NCBI GenBank assembly: GCA_964016885.1
Contig: CAXHJY010001681.1
Span: 1-64,000 of the forward strand
Direction: 5' to 3'
From: Eledone cirrhosa
Taxonomy: Eukaryota
DNA length: 64,000 bases
Shown here: in pieces, positions 17,028 to 31,546 of the stretch
Layout: each line of letters starts with the position of its first letter
Numbering within the stretch: position 1 is the first letter of the stretch
Made by a program: the position numbers and the translations under genes
Notes under the pieces: model-generated
Told to the model about the DNA's origin: nothing
The model's input: the letters and a program-made list of their open reading frames with translations, nothing else
Database searches by the model: none

Positions 17028-20000
17028 ATTATTTCATCATGCTAATTTAGATTAATACTTTATAATGTATTCTTTCATTGAAATACACAAACCAAGATCT
17101 TTTTCTAGCATTGAAAAAATATCTTGACTGAATATCATACAACATATTTTGTTGATTCTAGAAGTGGGCTGGAGTGATGCTGGAGAACTGCTATGAAGCA
17201 GATGATTGGAGCAGCTGAGTTTCAAAAGAAGTCATCCATCTAAGTATTAACTAGTGATCAAATGACAACAGGTGTTTTTCAGTATGAATGTTTCATTATT
17301 TCTAAAGATTTAATGTGGGAGATCAAAAGTGTGCAAAAGCAATAATGGAGAAAATAATGATAAAATTTGAATTAATTGTATAGCATGAGATCGTTTATAT
17401 TAATAACATGCTAATATCTATATGTCTATTCATATCAATCTATCTAAACTTATCTATCTCTTTTGTGAACCAATGAGGCCTCATTACAAGTGACAACATC
17501 ATGCAATGTGCCAAGTGTAAATAACAGCAACAAAACCTACCCCTCTCTGTATGTGTGTGCATATCACTGAATGTGTGTGTGTGTGTGTGCTTATTTAAAT
17601 GTATAGGGAGAAAAGAGGGAAATGAAAGAGAAATAGATAAATATCTAAAATAAGTATTTATATAGAATATATAGCGAGTCAAATTTAAGATTATTGTTTG
17701 TAAAAAGAAAAACATGACGATAAATTTGAACTTATAAAATTTGTCTCATTTCCCACCCATTTGTTCACACTAATATAGGTAAGGTACTTACATTGTAACA
17801 ATTGTTTCTTTGTTACCCAGTAGTCTTTATCCTAAGTGCTCAACAAGGAAATCATTTTAAATCTATGCTGAGTTCCCATGGTAACTGCCTACAGACACAG
17901 TTTTTTTCTTTCGGGACAGAAAACTTAGTTCTTAACAGTTGACAATGCTACACAAAGCACACATACAACCCATATTATTAGAGTACTGCTTGTAGTATGA
18001 GATAAAGTAGGTGCTACATACACAAACATCCAAGATGACCTCTGATTTACTTGCATGCTGTCACAGTATGTACCTATGGGCACTGCTATAACATTTTGTC
18101 CTCTGTTAAACTTGCTTTCCTCTTTTCATCACAAATATGTATCAAGCTGAAGAAGTAGTAAGGTTTGACCAAGCAATGAATTGTCCAGAACATAAACCTC
18201 AAAAAGAGACATTTAACTAAATATATTGGATTAGTTAGCCAGGAGAATATTGCTACTGATACATATTCAATAAGAATAAAAAGACAATGAAATAAAAATA
18301 GTGTAAAGTGTCAATGTAGTTTAATAATGAAACATATTGAAACTGGATATACTATCATGCACTATCACTTTGAAAATAGAGTAAAATTATTTAAAGAAAT
18401 GATGTTTCAATACAGGACATAGCATTATCTAATGTTCCTTTGGAGATAGAATGAAGTAATTTGAAGAAATGCTATTTCAATACTGGATTTTAAAAAGTAT
18501 CTCAAAACTGGAATGTTTTGATAGAGAATACCTTGATATCTGGCAGTGGCATCCTTACAGTGGTTGGTATTTGGAAAAGCCCCCAAATGCAGAAACCATA
18601 CAAACAGTAGGATGTATAAGTGAGACGGTGTCTTCTGACTAATCTAAGAGGTTAGTAACTCTGAATAAGAATTTAACTGAATTGTGACTCCCTGACCAAC
18701 CCATGCCAATATAGAATGCAGATGTGAAAACAATGTTGTTGATGATGATAATAACGAGAGCTTGTTACAATTAAGTAATCTACTAAAATAGAAAAAACAT
18801 TATTGCTTTATTATTATTATTATTATTACTTCATCAAATAAATGGTTGAAATGTAACAGCATCAGCCTAGTGTTAATTGTTTCATAGCCATGTCATTAGT
18901 GTAGAATTGAGAGAAGGCTACTGCTTCAATAACAGAATTGGATGGTTTCTTCTTTCATTTTCTTAACAATGACATTACAAGGAACCAAGTGAAACAATTA
19001 ACTGTCAGAGTACCTGACAGGCAATTTGATTGGCTAAGAAGTAAGTGATTAACGAAGACTGTCAAAGATCTCAATAAATGTCTATGATGAGAAAGAGTTG
19101 GCATGTATCTGTTTATATATACACATATATATAATCCCCTCTCTCCCTCTCTATATATAAGGCTAAACAGACTGAGTACAAAAGGTGTAGAAAAGTTTAA
19201 GTCTGGCAATCTGCCAGAGTTAAAGCTTTAAAAATAAACGGTAGAGGCTAAGACAATTGACATCTTGCACTTGCAGGGTTTTCTTCCTGTTCTAACAAAA
19301 ACAAAACACTATTTTTTTTTTGTTTTACATTACAATGAAACTGCACTACTTAAAGGGGAGTCTAGAGAGGAATTAACATGCTGTTGCTATGAATATAGCA
19401 TAAGAGGGAAATCCAAACACCCAGTCTTTGGTGATGTAACAGTACTATAGTAAAAAACAAAAACATTAAACTAGGTAACACCCACATATACATACATACA
19501 TATATATATACATACATACATACATACACATATTGCCCAGCTTTTTAGAATAGGCACATCTTAACCCTGCATGTTGTAAGAGGCAACTACAAGGGCTGGT
19601 GTCAGGAAAGGCATCCAGCAGTAAAACGAGCCACCAAAGAAATGTGGATGTATAAGCAATGATGATGATATATAAACATTATTTTGTCAAAATGTGTTAT
19701 TTACAGTATATTCTTCCGGTTTTTACTGGATTGTTTAATTAGCAGACTGAAATTAACCTCAATGCTGTGTTGCAATAGGCCATGTAGTGTAACTTGGAAG
19801 AAATTTCTGAAATTTTTACAATCTACAGAGGTATTGATGCAATTGTAGTTTCATTTACAGGCAAGAATCTTAAATATTTAGCCTTAATTTTTTTTATTTG
19901 ATAAGTCAAATGTTGAAGACTAACTCTACTAATGATAGCAAATGGCTTTAGTTAAGCATTTCCCATTTTCTACATTTTGTAGCTGTCATGTCAGATATGT

Positions 20001-20439
20001 CTGTTGTGCATTCATGTTTCTATGTTAACATGTTTGGGATGGTTTCTGTGTTATTCCTACTAACTACTCAAATCTGACATAGGCAAGAAACCCACTTATT
20101 AATAATGTTAAAGGTTTAGTAGAAGCTATGATAGATAGATCAGCAACCTACTAAGAAATTGTACACTTCTTTAATAGTTAATATCAATAATATATAAAGA
20201 GAACACCAAGGTCATCGTGAATAGCTCATGCTTTAGTAAGAAACACTTTTACATCCTTACCTGTAGAAACAATATTACTTTCTAAATATATGAATGATTT
20301 TCAAGAGTTTTGTTTGATGGTGCTTATGGAGCTCTCCTGGTTGTAGCTGATGTATCCAGTTTTTGAAGCATTGATATATAGACTGATATATGTTGTAATC
20401 ACTATCAGATTATCTTTGGTGAAGCTTCTTCTATGCCAC

Positions 20440-20760
20440 TGTTGAATTAGTGCCATTGTATGGGTCTACTGCTTGGACACTCACAAAACATTTGAAGGCA
20501 AAACTTTATGGTGCTTACTGGCCACTCTGAATATCTCTTGGACAGGGCATCATTCTGCAATCACTGGTGCCATTAGAGAGACATGTGTTTTGCAAGACAT
20601 TGGAGAACTTAACAATAACCCATTAGTGATATACACCAATGGATTCCATGACATGAATATACATGAGTCAGCCAGCCAGCCAAAACCTGCATTGACCAGC
20701 TATATAAGAACATGTGTTGTTTCCTTATTGACCCCTTGAATGCTATGTGAGATTGAAATG
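20440..20760 (+). mobile_element. Degenerate RTE (BovB-like) 3' ORF fragment
   Basis: Translates to YGSTAWTLTKHLKAKLYGAY, then LNISW after a frameshift. Confidence 0.6.
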
Positions 20761-20814
20761 GGTGGCAGGGGTTGATGATATTAATTTGTAACATAGGTTC
20801 AAAGCCAAACATTT

Positions 20815-21151
20815 TAGGGAAGGGATATAGTTGATTAACTAAGCAGCACTTAATTAGTACTTATTTTATCAACCTTGGAAAGATGAAAGATAAAGTTGAT
20901 CATTGGAGGATTTGAACTCAGCATGTAATGGGTTGATAATTATATGCACTGTAAGATATTTTTTTCAATACACTTTTGATTACGCTACCAAACACCATAA
21001 TAATAATAATTATGATTTTTAATGCAGACACAAGGCTGCCAAAGTTTTGTGTAGATGTGTAGTCAATTGACTCCAGTAGTTGAGTGGTACTTATTTTATT
21101 GATCCCAGACAGATGAAAAGCAAATCTGACGAGAACAGAAATTTAACTCAG
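20815..21151 (-). mobile_element. Two degenerate SINE copies
   Basis: Reverse complement of the SINE core (TACTTATTTTAT...GATGAAA...AACTCAG) twice. Confidence 0.6.
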
Positions 21152-22001
21152 TATAGAAGAAATTAACTTTTATTTTGTCTAAATAACAAAACTTTGTAGA
21201 TGAAGTGTACAGTTAAATGATAGGAGCCACTATTTCACAAATATTTATTTTATTAATACTGGTAGTGACAAAGCAATGTAAAAATTTTGAACTTGAACCT
21301 GGAGGTAGGTGAAACTAATGTCTATATGATGTTTGGAACTCATTATCTCAAATAACCTCATTAAACTCAAGAAACAAATAAACTCAAGAAACAAAAAAAT
21401 AAACATGATTATTGGTATTACTATCATTATGATAAATAAAGCTTTATTATTATTATCCTTTACTCCTAACAAAACAGCACATTTGTTTTGTTGGTAAAGA
21501 TCCAATATTTTAGTATTGCATCCTACAAAGAGAATTATTCTAAAACTGAATAATATATTCCTCATACTTGTGAAAGCAATGCAATATGCACATTAAAAAC
21601 AAAATAAATAACTAAATGATTAACACTGATTTCTTCCCAGTAACTAATTAATTTTTGATAGTTTTAAATGTCTAACTAATTTTTTGAATAACAACATAAC
21701 AGCCATCTTCTAGGGAAAACGGCTAAATTTGTAGAATGTTAAAAAGACTCTTGCATATTCCTGATAGATAACAATTTGGAAATAGGGTTGGTGCCAACAA
21801 TATATCCAATATGTTTCTTGTTTTTTTTTTATATGAAATGCACTAAAACTAGAGGAAGAAGAAGCTGTAAACACTATACAGAAACAGTTATTTGTGTAGA
21901 CATAGTCAAAATTGTTTCCTGTCACTTACAGCTCTATTTGCTATTGTAACACATTTACAACTGATCACAGTTTATTGTGGTAAAAAAAAAACATTATTAT
22001 G

Positions 22002-22146
22002 AATTCAAATCTCACGGAGGTTAGCTTTGCCTTTCATCCTTTCGGGGTTGATAAAATAAAGCAGTAGTAATGCATTGGGGTTGATTTAATCAACTTTCCC
22101 TTGTCCCAAAATTGTTGGCCTTATGCCTAAATGAGAAACCATTATT
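22002..22146 (+). mobile_element. SINE, 5'-truncated
   Basis: GAATTCAAATC...GCCTTTCATCCTTTCGGGGTTGATAAAATAAA. Confidence 0.7.
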
Positions 22147-22249
22147 TTTTAGTTGTCTTATTTTTATTGATGTTTTCACTGACTGCACTATTGAGTGCAG
22201 CTCTGTAAGTCTTAGGTATGTGCAATTCTTTGCTTTTGTAATTTCTATT

Positions 22250-22545
22250 TTATTAAAAGTGCTCTACATTAGGAATGCAGTACCTAGTAGGGCTACATTT
22301 TATATGCTGTACATAATTCTAAGTCTTTGGATTTTGGTTATGTATTTGTTTGCATGTTTTTTTTTAAAAATGATATTCAAAGCTTCTATTATTAGAGGGG
22401 TCCTTTCTGTTAATAATCCCCAACATTCTAGTTATCTCTATTTCCATTTATATTTCAATTATTTCTACATTTCTTTTATAGATACATTATCATCTGTTGG
22501 AACTGATATGTCAATTAGGGAAGGCTTCCTTGAAGACAGAATTTT

Positions 22546-22576
<31 letters not shown>

Positions 22577-23700
22577 CAAGTTTTGTAGCTAGTTATGTTA
22601 CTTTTCTATTGTTCTTTACTAAATATTTTTGTAGTCCTATCATGTATTTTCCTCCCTTTTACTTCTCATCCATTGTACATTTCTATTGTGCTGACTGTCA
22701 TTGTTCCATATTCCCTCCCAGTACATCTGAATTCCAAGTGCTGTTGGTGTGTCTTCTAGTATTATGGGTTCTTTTTTTATTGTTGATGTCTTTGCAGAAG
22801 CTTTTGGTATTAGATTGGAGCACTATTTTTCTATGAGAAACATTGGATTTTTTTCAGGGTATCTTTTTTATTGACATATTTTATTTATTTATTTTTGTTA
22901 TTTGGATCATTTTTCTCATTTTCATTTTGAACTTCACTTTTTCTAGTTCACTAAGTAAAGATAGATATTTCCTCTTTTTCTCAATTTGTGGAGTTAGGGT
23001 TTGGCTGGGGGTTTGTCTCCATTAGGATCAAACCCAGTTTCTTTCAACACTATCACTACTACTTAATAGATCTGATAATTTAGTCTTGATATTCAGACAG
23101 TTTGTTGTCATTAACAGAATTTCTTTATTTCATTAACAAAATTATATTTATTCATTATTTCAGAAGGCTGTTTATTACTTTGTATTTGGTGGGGGAGAGG
23201 GTTACACTGATCCTTGTTTATTGATCTTGAGATATTCTTTTCTACTTTTTTTATTGCTTCAGTTAGATCCTCCCCAATGTTAATTCTAGTTGAACTATTG
23301 TAAAGGGATTTTATTATCTTTGTTAAATGTGGGGGTTGAGGATATATTTTTGTTGTGCTTCTGTATTTGTCAGTATGTTCCTGTGGTGGTATTCTATGAT
23401 CTTCATCTGTTTTATTTTTTTAGTTTTTCATTTGCTGTATTGCAGGCATGGCTTCTATAGTAATTTTTGTTTTTAAAATTGTTGCTTTGTGTGGTTAGAT
23501 GTTTTGTTTTATTTTCAATATGTATTCAGTCTATTTCAATTTTGGAGATTTTTATATTTTTAACTACAAATCTTCCTACATTTGCTTTTGAGTTTGCTGT
23601 AATGCTTTTTTTCTACATTTTTTCTCCATAACTCCTATATCCCAATTATAATACAGTGTGTTTTACAGTGTTGTGTAGTATACATAGTCTCCTCTTATCC
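22250..23700 (-). mobile_element. Degenerate R4/Dong-like non-LTR retrotransposon fragment
   Basis: Minus strand gives VALLGTA (C-terminus) and IQMYWEGIW; similar to 29100-30100. Confidence 0.5.
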
Positions 23701-23749
23701 AGCATTCATTTTTAGTTCTACTTTCCCTTTGGATGATGACATTAAAAGA

Positions 23750-25320
23750 CAGGTCTGTCTCTTTAGGGTTAACTTTTTGAGAGGACAGTCTTTGAATTTT
23801 GTGTTATGAGGCACATACTTTCCCCAGACACATAGACAGCTCGTATGAAGTTACCAACAGACTGAAAGAACTTAACTCCACCACACTTAGATACCCTTTT
23901 AGCTTAGACAGTTTCTTTTTACACCTCTGCCTCTTACCCCACCATCAACTTAGTAACTGACAACATTATGGCCTCTACTGATCTCAATTGTTTTGGCCTC
24001 ACTGCTGCTGACATCTACAAATTGCTCTTTGTCATCCTGTGGAACACTTTCTTCCAATGTAAGGCCTCCATCTACAAACAGATTTCGGGACTGCTAATGG
24101 TGTTGAATCTCTTGGGCCTGCTAGCTATCACACACATGGATCAGTTGAAGCATACAGTGCTCACCACCTGCTGCTCTTGCTCCTTCTTCTCCAGGTACAT
24201 GGATGATATCCTGTTGCTCACTGTGTTGTGCAAAGCCACCAAAATATGTCTTCAAAAACGTGGATGACACATAAACTTTGAGATTGAACACATGGATATC
24301 ACTGGATCCCTCCCTCAATTTTACACTATGAAATCCATATACAGATCCATGGAGAAGGGATCCATATACACCAAATTTTACAGAAAGGATGCCAGCAAGG
24401 AACTATATGTACACCACAATTCTGCCCCCCCCCCCCCCCTTACAGAGTCAAAATTGCTTACATACAGAACGAGATCTTCTGGCTATGCAACAGATGTGAG
24501 GATAGTAACAAACACACCAGCCTGAAGGGATTCCAAAGAGGTTTAACCAAGAATGGCTATCTAACTTCTCTCACCAAACATTGAGATGCCAAGGCACCAC
24601 TAAAGAGGAGGAGGAGGACATGCACTCCTGGGGATAGTATATGCTATCTAAAGCTGCCACATTTCAATAAGAACAACTACTACCATCCAACAGCTATCCA
24701 TAGGCAAGGTCTGAACACACAACTGGCACAATCAGGACTTTGCCTACAGAGACTACTCTTCAAACCCAACTAGCATACAATATATACACAATTCCTAACT
24801 GTCCAAACAACAATGCAGAAGTGTGCACGAGAACATATCTGGTCTAGAGGGTCACATGAAGATGATGTGGTTTTTCATACATTTGAAGTACTTTCCAGAT
24901 GTTGCATATACGGATCGAGGAGCACATGACTACGAGAGCTTCTACTGTCAAAAACACCTTGATACATGTCACAACTAAGATACTGAAGTCACCATAGAGG
25001 TATGGAAAGGAATATGGAGAATTTAAGAATAAAGGAGGCCATAATTATAAATGCACAGAGACCACTAATCAACAATAGAACAGAACTACATGGAGCAGAG
25101 TGGCTTTTATGACTGCCTCATGCATGCACAATCCATGTACACAACATAGGACAGGTGCATTACAACAGGATATATAACTTTTTCTACATTCATTTGAAAA
25201 GGTATTTACCTTAAAATATGATGAAATATGTGTAAAAAAACATTACTTTGTTTTATTTGTCATCCTTTATCCAAGTACCACCTTTTTATATATATTTCTA
25301 TTTACATTGTACCGGTTTTC
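23750..25320 (+). mobile_element. Degenerate Penelope-like element (RT plus GIY-YIG remnants)
   Basis: FQCKASIYKQISGLLM, RYMDD, KFYRKD, LHIRIEEH; many frameshifts. Confidence 0.75.
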
Positions 25321-26439
25321 TGAGCTTCTTATCAATTTTGTTTTGTTTTGTTTGTATTTAAGTAGTCCACCCAACTGTTATGTTGTCTCTTATACTAATC
25401 TCATTCTATGCACATATTGCAGGTTATTTCAATAAAATATTTTATATGATAGACACAAGTCAGACAAAGTTTCTGTAGTAGATGTTGGGATCTGTTTGAC
25501 ATCTCTTCATTTCCTTGTTAAATTTAATTTTGATTTTGGAAATGTTAGTGAATTTTTTTGAATATTATGGAGAGCTATATTCACAAACACCCATGTTGTT
25601 GATATCAAAATAAATAATAAAGAAATCATAATAATGATAATTATTTTCATGTTTTGAATAGTTTTCTCTGAGTTTCTACTGTAGCACCAAGTACTCCTCT
25701 ATATTCCTGAAGTGTATGCAGCATCAACTTTTATGAATGTAGAATCGTATTTGTTTTTTTCCTCGGTTTCATATTGTAGGATTTGGTTTATTGTTCCTCA
25801 TGTTATTTTAGTGTTATGTCTATTGTATAAATTATGCACAATGTGAGTTGTGTGATTCTGTAGGGTGGTATTAATGGTTTGTATATATTATGTTTTGGTA
25901 TTATGTGTTTTAGTATCAGACAGTGGTGGTGTAAAGTATGTGCTGTGTGGGTTCTATTATATTAATAGGTTTGCCCTTGTAAATAAAGAAAGGATTATAT
26001 TAATAGGTTGCAACTGTGCAAAATATGAATTATGAGTTGTTGGTATTATAATGTCAATATTGATTATTCGAGAGAGTATGTGTGGTGTTATTTTATTGGG
26101 TGATGATTTTGTAAAGTATTATCATCATTATTTTATGTCTGTTTTCCATGTTGACATAGGTTAGACTGGTAATTAGACAGGTCAGAAAACGACATCTTGT
26201 TCATACGTTCCATATATTGGATAGTTACTATGACTGGATGCTCTTCCTAATGCCTGTGTTATATTGTTTCAGTAAAATATCATCCATGTGTTATCTTCTT
26301 TTTAAATGGTCAACACAATCCCAGACCTCATTTGCTTACTGAGTGAGGTGGAACCATCAAATCGGACAAAGGAAATGATGTTTCCATTGGTCTTTCCATT
26401 GCTGATACTATATACTAGTAACAACTCCTGACAGGAAGA

Positions 26440-26548
26440 GCAGCATGAAATAAAATGTCTTGCTCAGGGACATAACACATCGCTTGAGCCGAGAATCGAA
26501 CTTGCAAACTCAGAATGACAAATCCAATTCTCTAACCACTAGGCCACT
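26440..26548 (-). mobile_element. tRNA-headed SINE fragment
   Basis: Minus strand GTGGCCTAGTGGTTAGAG...GTTCGATTC and core GTCCCTGAGCAAGACA. Confidence 0.7.
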
Positions 26549-26754
26549 AGTATGTAGTGTTCCAATTATTATTGCTGTTGTTTTTACTTTCATACCTCAC
26601 ATTCTGTTTATTTCAATTTCAAGATCTTTGTAATTGACACTTTCCCCACTTGCTTTTGGGCAATGTTTTAGTCAGAAGGGATTGAGGTGTCTATCAGAAT
26701 ACAGACATTTTATTCCAGTTCTTGATTGAGAGGTGGGTAGGTTCTGCCTTGTCT

Positions 26755-27027
26755 TATCATCATTATCATCGATTAACGTCTATCTTCCATGCTAGCACGG
26801 GTTAGACAGGTTTGTTCCATTTAGAGGCAAGTTGGGTTGGATGACTGTGTCTCACTTATAGCTCATATAGGAGTCTTTCTAACGCCAAACACATTGATAG
26901 TGTGTGCTGGCTGCTTTTTGCCATGTCTTTTACACGTCCACTTTACAGTGTGGGCTAGGTGCTTTTTCTTGTGACACCTACACGAACACCTTACAATATG
27001 GACTGGGTGTTTTGTGGTACCAGCATA

Positions 27028-27060
<33 letters not shown>

Positions 27061-27775
27061 AATGCACGTATCATGATAATGATATAGACATATATATATT
27101 TGTGTGCATATATATGCAATATACATACACATTTACAGTGTGTGTTGGGTGCTTTTTGTTGTGTCACCTACATGACCACATTAGTGTGGACTGGGCACTT
27201 TTTGTCGTGACACCTACACAACCACTTTACAGTGGAGACTGGGCACCTTTGTCATGTCACCAACATGACCACTTTACAGTGGGGCCTGGGCACTTTTGTC
27301 TTGGGACTAGGAAGGGGAAGGAAACTTGGGAAAATTGTGGACAGGGTAGTAGGGGAGGTATGGTTACCGCTAAGGGAGGTGAACGAGAGGGGAGAAGGTT
27401 ACCTATTAGGTCTAAGCCTCAGCCTGAGGATAATAGCGGGTAGGTCTTCTGTAAAACTGCATAGTGCCACAGGTCGCGGTCCTATGTCATTGCTTTTGAG
27501 AGGTGTAATTATGCAAGGTCAGCTTTTATTACCTCATCCCAAGTCTTCCTAGGTCTGCCCACACCACGGCTACCATCAACTTTGAGTGCTCTGCACCTTA
27601 TTATCCAACTGTCATCCTTCATACGTATCACATGTCCATACCAATGCAATCTCCTTTCCTGCATACAACAACTTATCCCTCTTATGCCTAATTTCTCACG
27701 GAGTATATTTAGACTTTGCCGTTCACGTATATTGCTATTGCCTATCCAGCGAAGCATGGAGGCTTCAAGCTCTTC
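26755..27775 (-). mobile_element. 5'-truncated RTE copy of a diverged subfamily with repetitive 3' UTR
   Basis: ORF 27509-27757 MLRWIGNSNIRERQS...RRLHWYGHV...GRPRKTWDEVIK. Confidence 0.85.
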
Positions 27776-28788
27776 AATTCATTTAACTTCTAATTTATGT
27801 TGACACTGTAGTTTGTATCTAAAATACCTAACATATTTATAGTTATGTAATTTGTTTTTCCATTTTTATATATTGTATTTTATCAGTTTCATCTACTCCA
27901 AAATATTTATGTGTATGGCTATGGTCTAATTCTCTGATTTCAGTACTTCAGACTAATCTATTTTTCCTGAGTTTTAGTTCATTTGCCTCATAGTAGCTTT
28001 GGCATATTTGTCTGAATCCATACTCATTTTAATGTCATGGTTGAATTTATGAACAATTTTTAGTAGGTTATCCAACTGAAACATAATCTCTTGTAAATAT
28101 TCTTACATCATTCATGTAGTGAAAGTGGTTTATAGTTTGTCTATAGCATCGATAACGATTGGTGGATTTATTCAACAAATATAATCAGAACAAAGCAAAA
28201 GAGTAGAGGAGATAAATCTTCCCAAATGATTTGGATTCATATGGGTGTATGACTGGTTTTGATAGATTATCATCTCTTTGTTCTATTTTCATTTCTACAT
28301 AACATAGTTGATGTATTTCGTTAATATTGAGCTAATTTTTTTTTGTGTGTGGAGTTTTTTCAGTATCTCAAAACGATAAGTGACATACTATCTAATGCTT
28401 TTCAGTAATAAATCAAAGCCAAACTAAAGTTTGTTTTCCTTTTTTGCTTTCTATAATAGCTCTTGTTCATCAGTAGCTGCTCTTTAAAACCTTACATACC
28501 TTCAATTTTCCTTTCTGCTCTTCTGGAAACACATTATTACTCTCCAGATGAGTGCCCAACCTGTATGGATGTATATTGTTGGCAAAAAATTACAGACCCA
28601 TAACTTAATTTTTTTTCCAGCAGTCAACCAGGTGTTGAATCTAGTCTGCTTACTAGTTCCCTGAATGTTACCACTATATGGACACTGGTTAAATCTATCA
28701 GTCAGAGCTTTCTAGTTGCTTGGTGACAATAGTGGTTCATGTATCATGAGTAATTATATATAAATATATTTTTGGTCCTTTCTTATCC

Positions 28789-29070
28789 TAGTGGTAAGAA
28801 TATTGGACTTATGATCATAATTTTGTGGTTTCAATTTCTGGGCTGGGTTGCGTGTTGTGTTCTTGAGCAAAACACTTCATTTCATGTTTCTCCAGTATAC
28901 TCAGCTGAAAATGAGTACCAACAATAGCTAGGGGTTTAACCCAGCGATGGACTGGTGTCCTGTCCAGGGGGAAGTCTTGTACTCTCAGTCGTTTCACACC
29001 ACAGAAACTGGGATAAGCTCTGGCCTGATGAACTTCAGAGCTTGAGACAGACTTTAGACTTTTAGACTAG
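28789..29070 (+). mobile_element. tRNA-derived SINE with V-domain-like core
   Basis: TAGTGGTAAG...GGTTTCAATT head; GTTCTTGAGCAAAACACTT; GCGATGGACTGGTGTCCTGTCCAGGGG; GACTTTA repeats as tail. Confidence 0.75.
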
Positions 29071-31324
29071 ACATATTCATTATGCTTTTTCCTTGTGTTG
29101 AATGTTTTTGTCCTGTACTCCCTCCCAGTATGTTTGAATTTCCACCAATGTCAGTATTTCTTCCAGCAGTATGTTTTTCTTTTCTTTTCTTAATGTCCCC
29201 GTGGATTAATTTGGTATTTGATTGAAGTACCATATTCTCCTAACAAAAGAAGCCTTCACTTTCTTCCAAGTGCCTCATCCTGCATGCTTTTGTTAATATT
29301 TGTTTACTTTTCTGTAGTTTTCAGTGAGTCTTTTATTAATATATAAAATATGCTTTTATTGTTTGGGTTCTTCTTTTATTTATTTTTCATATTGGAGCCC
29401 TTCTTTTCTGTTTCACTAAGGAATGATAAGTCTTTCCTTTAACAAAAAAATTAAAAATTATGTAGTATAGTATCTTATATTTGGGGATGTGGGGTTTACC
29501 TAAGGGTTTCATACTATTAGGATCAAGCCCAGTTTTCCTCAATACAATGACTGTTACTGAATATCATTCAGTCCTATCAATATTTAGGTAGATTATTGCT
29601 GTGGATAGAATTTCTTGTGGAGTCCTTGTTACATATATTTATTCTTTCATAGAACTACTTGTCCGTATGTAGCTTGAGCAGGTGTTTATATTGATCAATG
29701 TTCGTCAATTTTGTTATATTCTTTTCTATTTTCATTGTTGTTTCTTTTAGGTCCTCTTTAATGTTAATTCTGGTTGCTCAGTTGTGATGTCTATTTATAT
29801 TGTTAGATGTCAGGTGCAGTATCAAGGTTATATCTTTGTTGTGGTTGCGCATTTCATTATGTGTTTCTATAGAGACTTCTATGGTCTTTACCATCTTTTT
29901 GAATTATAGTCCTTTGTAATCATTTTTGATTTATTGTAATGACTTGTTTGTTTCTTGTGTGGTGAATGTGGATTCTATAATATTTTCACTGTGCTTTGAA
30001 AACATTTATTGTATGAGGAGTCTTATGTGTTTTGTATGTGGTGGGTTCTGTGTTGATACTTTCAATGGCTTGTTGTAGGTTATCTTTGTTATGTATAACC
30101 ATTTTCTTTTTTAAACTATAGTCTATGTATCTAGCTTAGAATAGGTACACTGTATTTCTGTAGATAATAAAAGGCAACTAAACTGGGCGGCACCAGAAAG
30201 AGTATCTGCCCCATAAAATATTGCCTCAAAAGAACCTCATGATAAATATGAAACATGTCATAGGGGCTGCAAGAGTGACCCCTGGTTTAGCAGGGAAAAT
30301 AACTTTGGGACACTTGTATTGTTGTATATTCTTTCTATTTCAATTATTAGGATCTTGTTATTATTTACTATACATCTGTGCACATTCTTAAGTATGTTTG
30401 CATTGATATTTCACCTCATTTCTGTTTTTCTCCATAGCTCATGTTCCTTTTATAGTGCTCATCTATGTTGGATATCGTGTTGATGTGCAATCAATGTAGT
30501 GTTTATTGGTCCAGCAGTATCTTTGGATTTTCAACATTAACAGTAAGAGATGTGTCTTTATGTTTGAAGTTACAATTTTGAGAGGACATTGCTTCTGAAC
30601 TCTACATTGTTATTTCTGGATTGAAGTTGCAGTGTACTCATACTAGGAAATTCATCATATATCCCAATAATGTAATTGTTACTGATTGATTTACTCATTG
30701 ACATTGTGGACTTGCTTTAATATAGTGTAAACTTTCATCATTATCATCACCATTCAATGTCCATTTTTCCATGCTAGCATGGGTTAGACAAGTTGTTCCA
30801 TTGTGTGACAAGTCAGACCAGATGACCTGTATCTTTCTCATACAGAACTGGGTGGACTAGGCACTTTTTCTATGTTTTGTATGTATTCAGAGGTGTGTTT
30901 TGTTTTGTCATGGTGCAAGTCATAGTAGTATTGTGTTTGATACTGTAGATGTGTGTGGTATCTATAGTAGTATGATGTTAGCTGTAGTAGTATGGTAGTA
31001 GCTGCAATGATGTGATAGTAGCTAGAAGTTTAAAGCTAGCTGTAGACATGTGATAACAAGTTTAGTGATAGCAATAGCTACTGTGGTGCACTCATAACTG
31101 TAGTGTTGTAACTGGTATCAGTAATAATCTGCTATATTCTGTTAAAATATGTTAATATCATTAACTATTCAAACCAAACAGGAAAGTAACATCTACTTTC
31201 TGTCAATGGCAAGGAGGATTATGTGCTTTGCTTCTGGACACTACACAATGAGTGAAGCATAGTTTGAACTCACAGTAAGTAGTCCAACCACCATAACAAT
31301 ATTAGTATTATCATTATTTAGTTG

Positions 31325-31546
31325 AGAGTGATAAATGAGTAGAATCATTACGGTGTTGGAAAAATACTTTAAGGCATTTGTTCCAGCTCATTTTCAATAC
31401 AAATCCAGCTGAGGACAACTTTGCCTTTCATACTTCTGGGTTCAATAAAACAAAGTAGCAGTCAAGCAATGAGATCAAATTCACTGACATTCCCCGCCCA
31501 CCAAATTGCCAGCCCTACGCTGAAATTAGAAACCATTATTATTATT
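31325..31546 (+). mobile_element. Degenerate SINE
   Basis: AACTTTGCCTTTCAT core and ATT tail. Confidence 0.55.

Larger units (their letters stand above)
26590..30110 (-). mobile_element. Fragmented R4/Dong-like element interrupted by an RTE fragment and a SINE
   Basis: Restriction-like endonuclease remnant ILIDTSIPSD...YKDLEIEINRM (26595-26720); RT remnant NHFHYMNDV (~28100-28130); EIQTYWEG (~29120). Confidence 0.6.
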
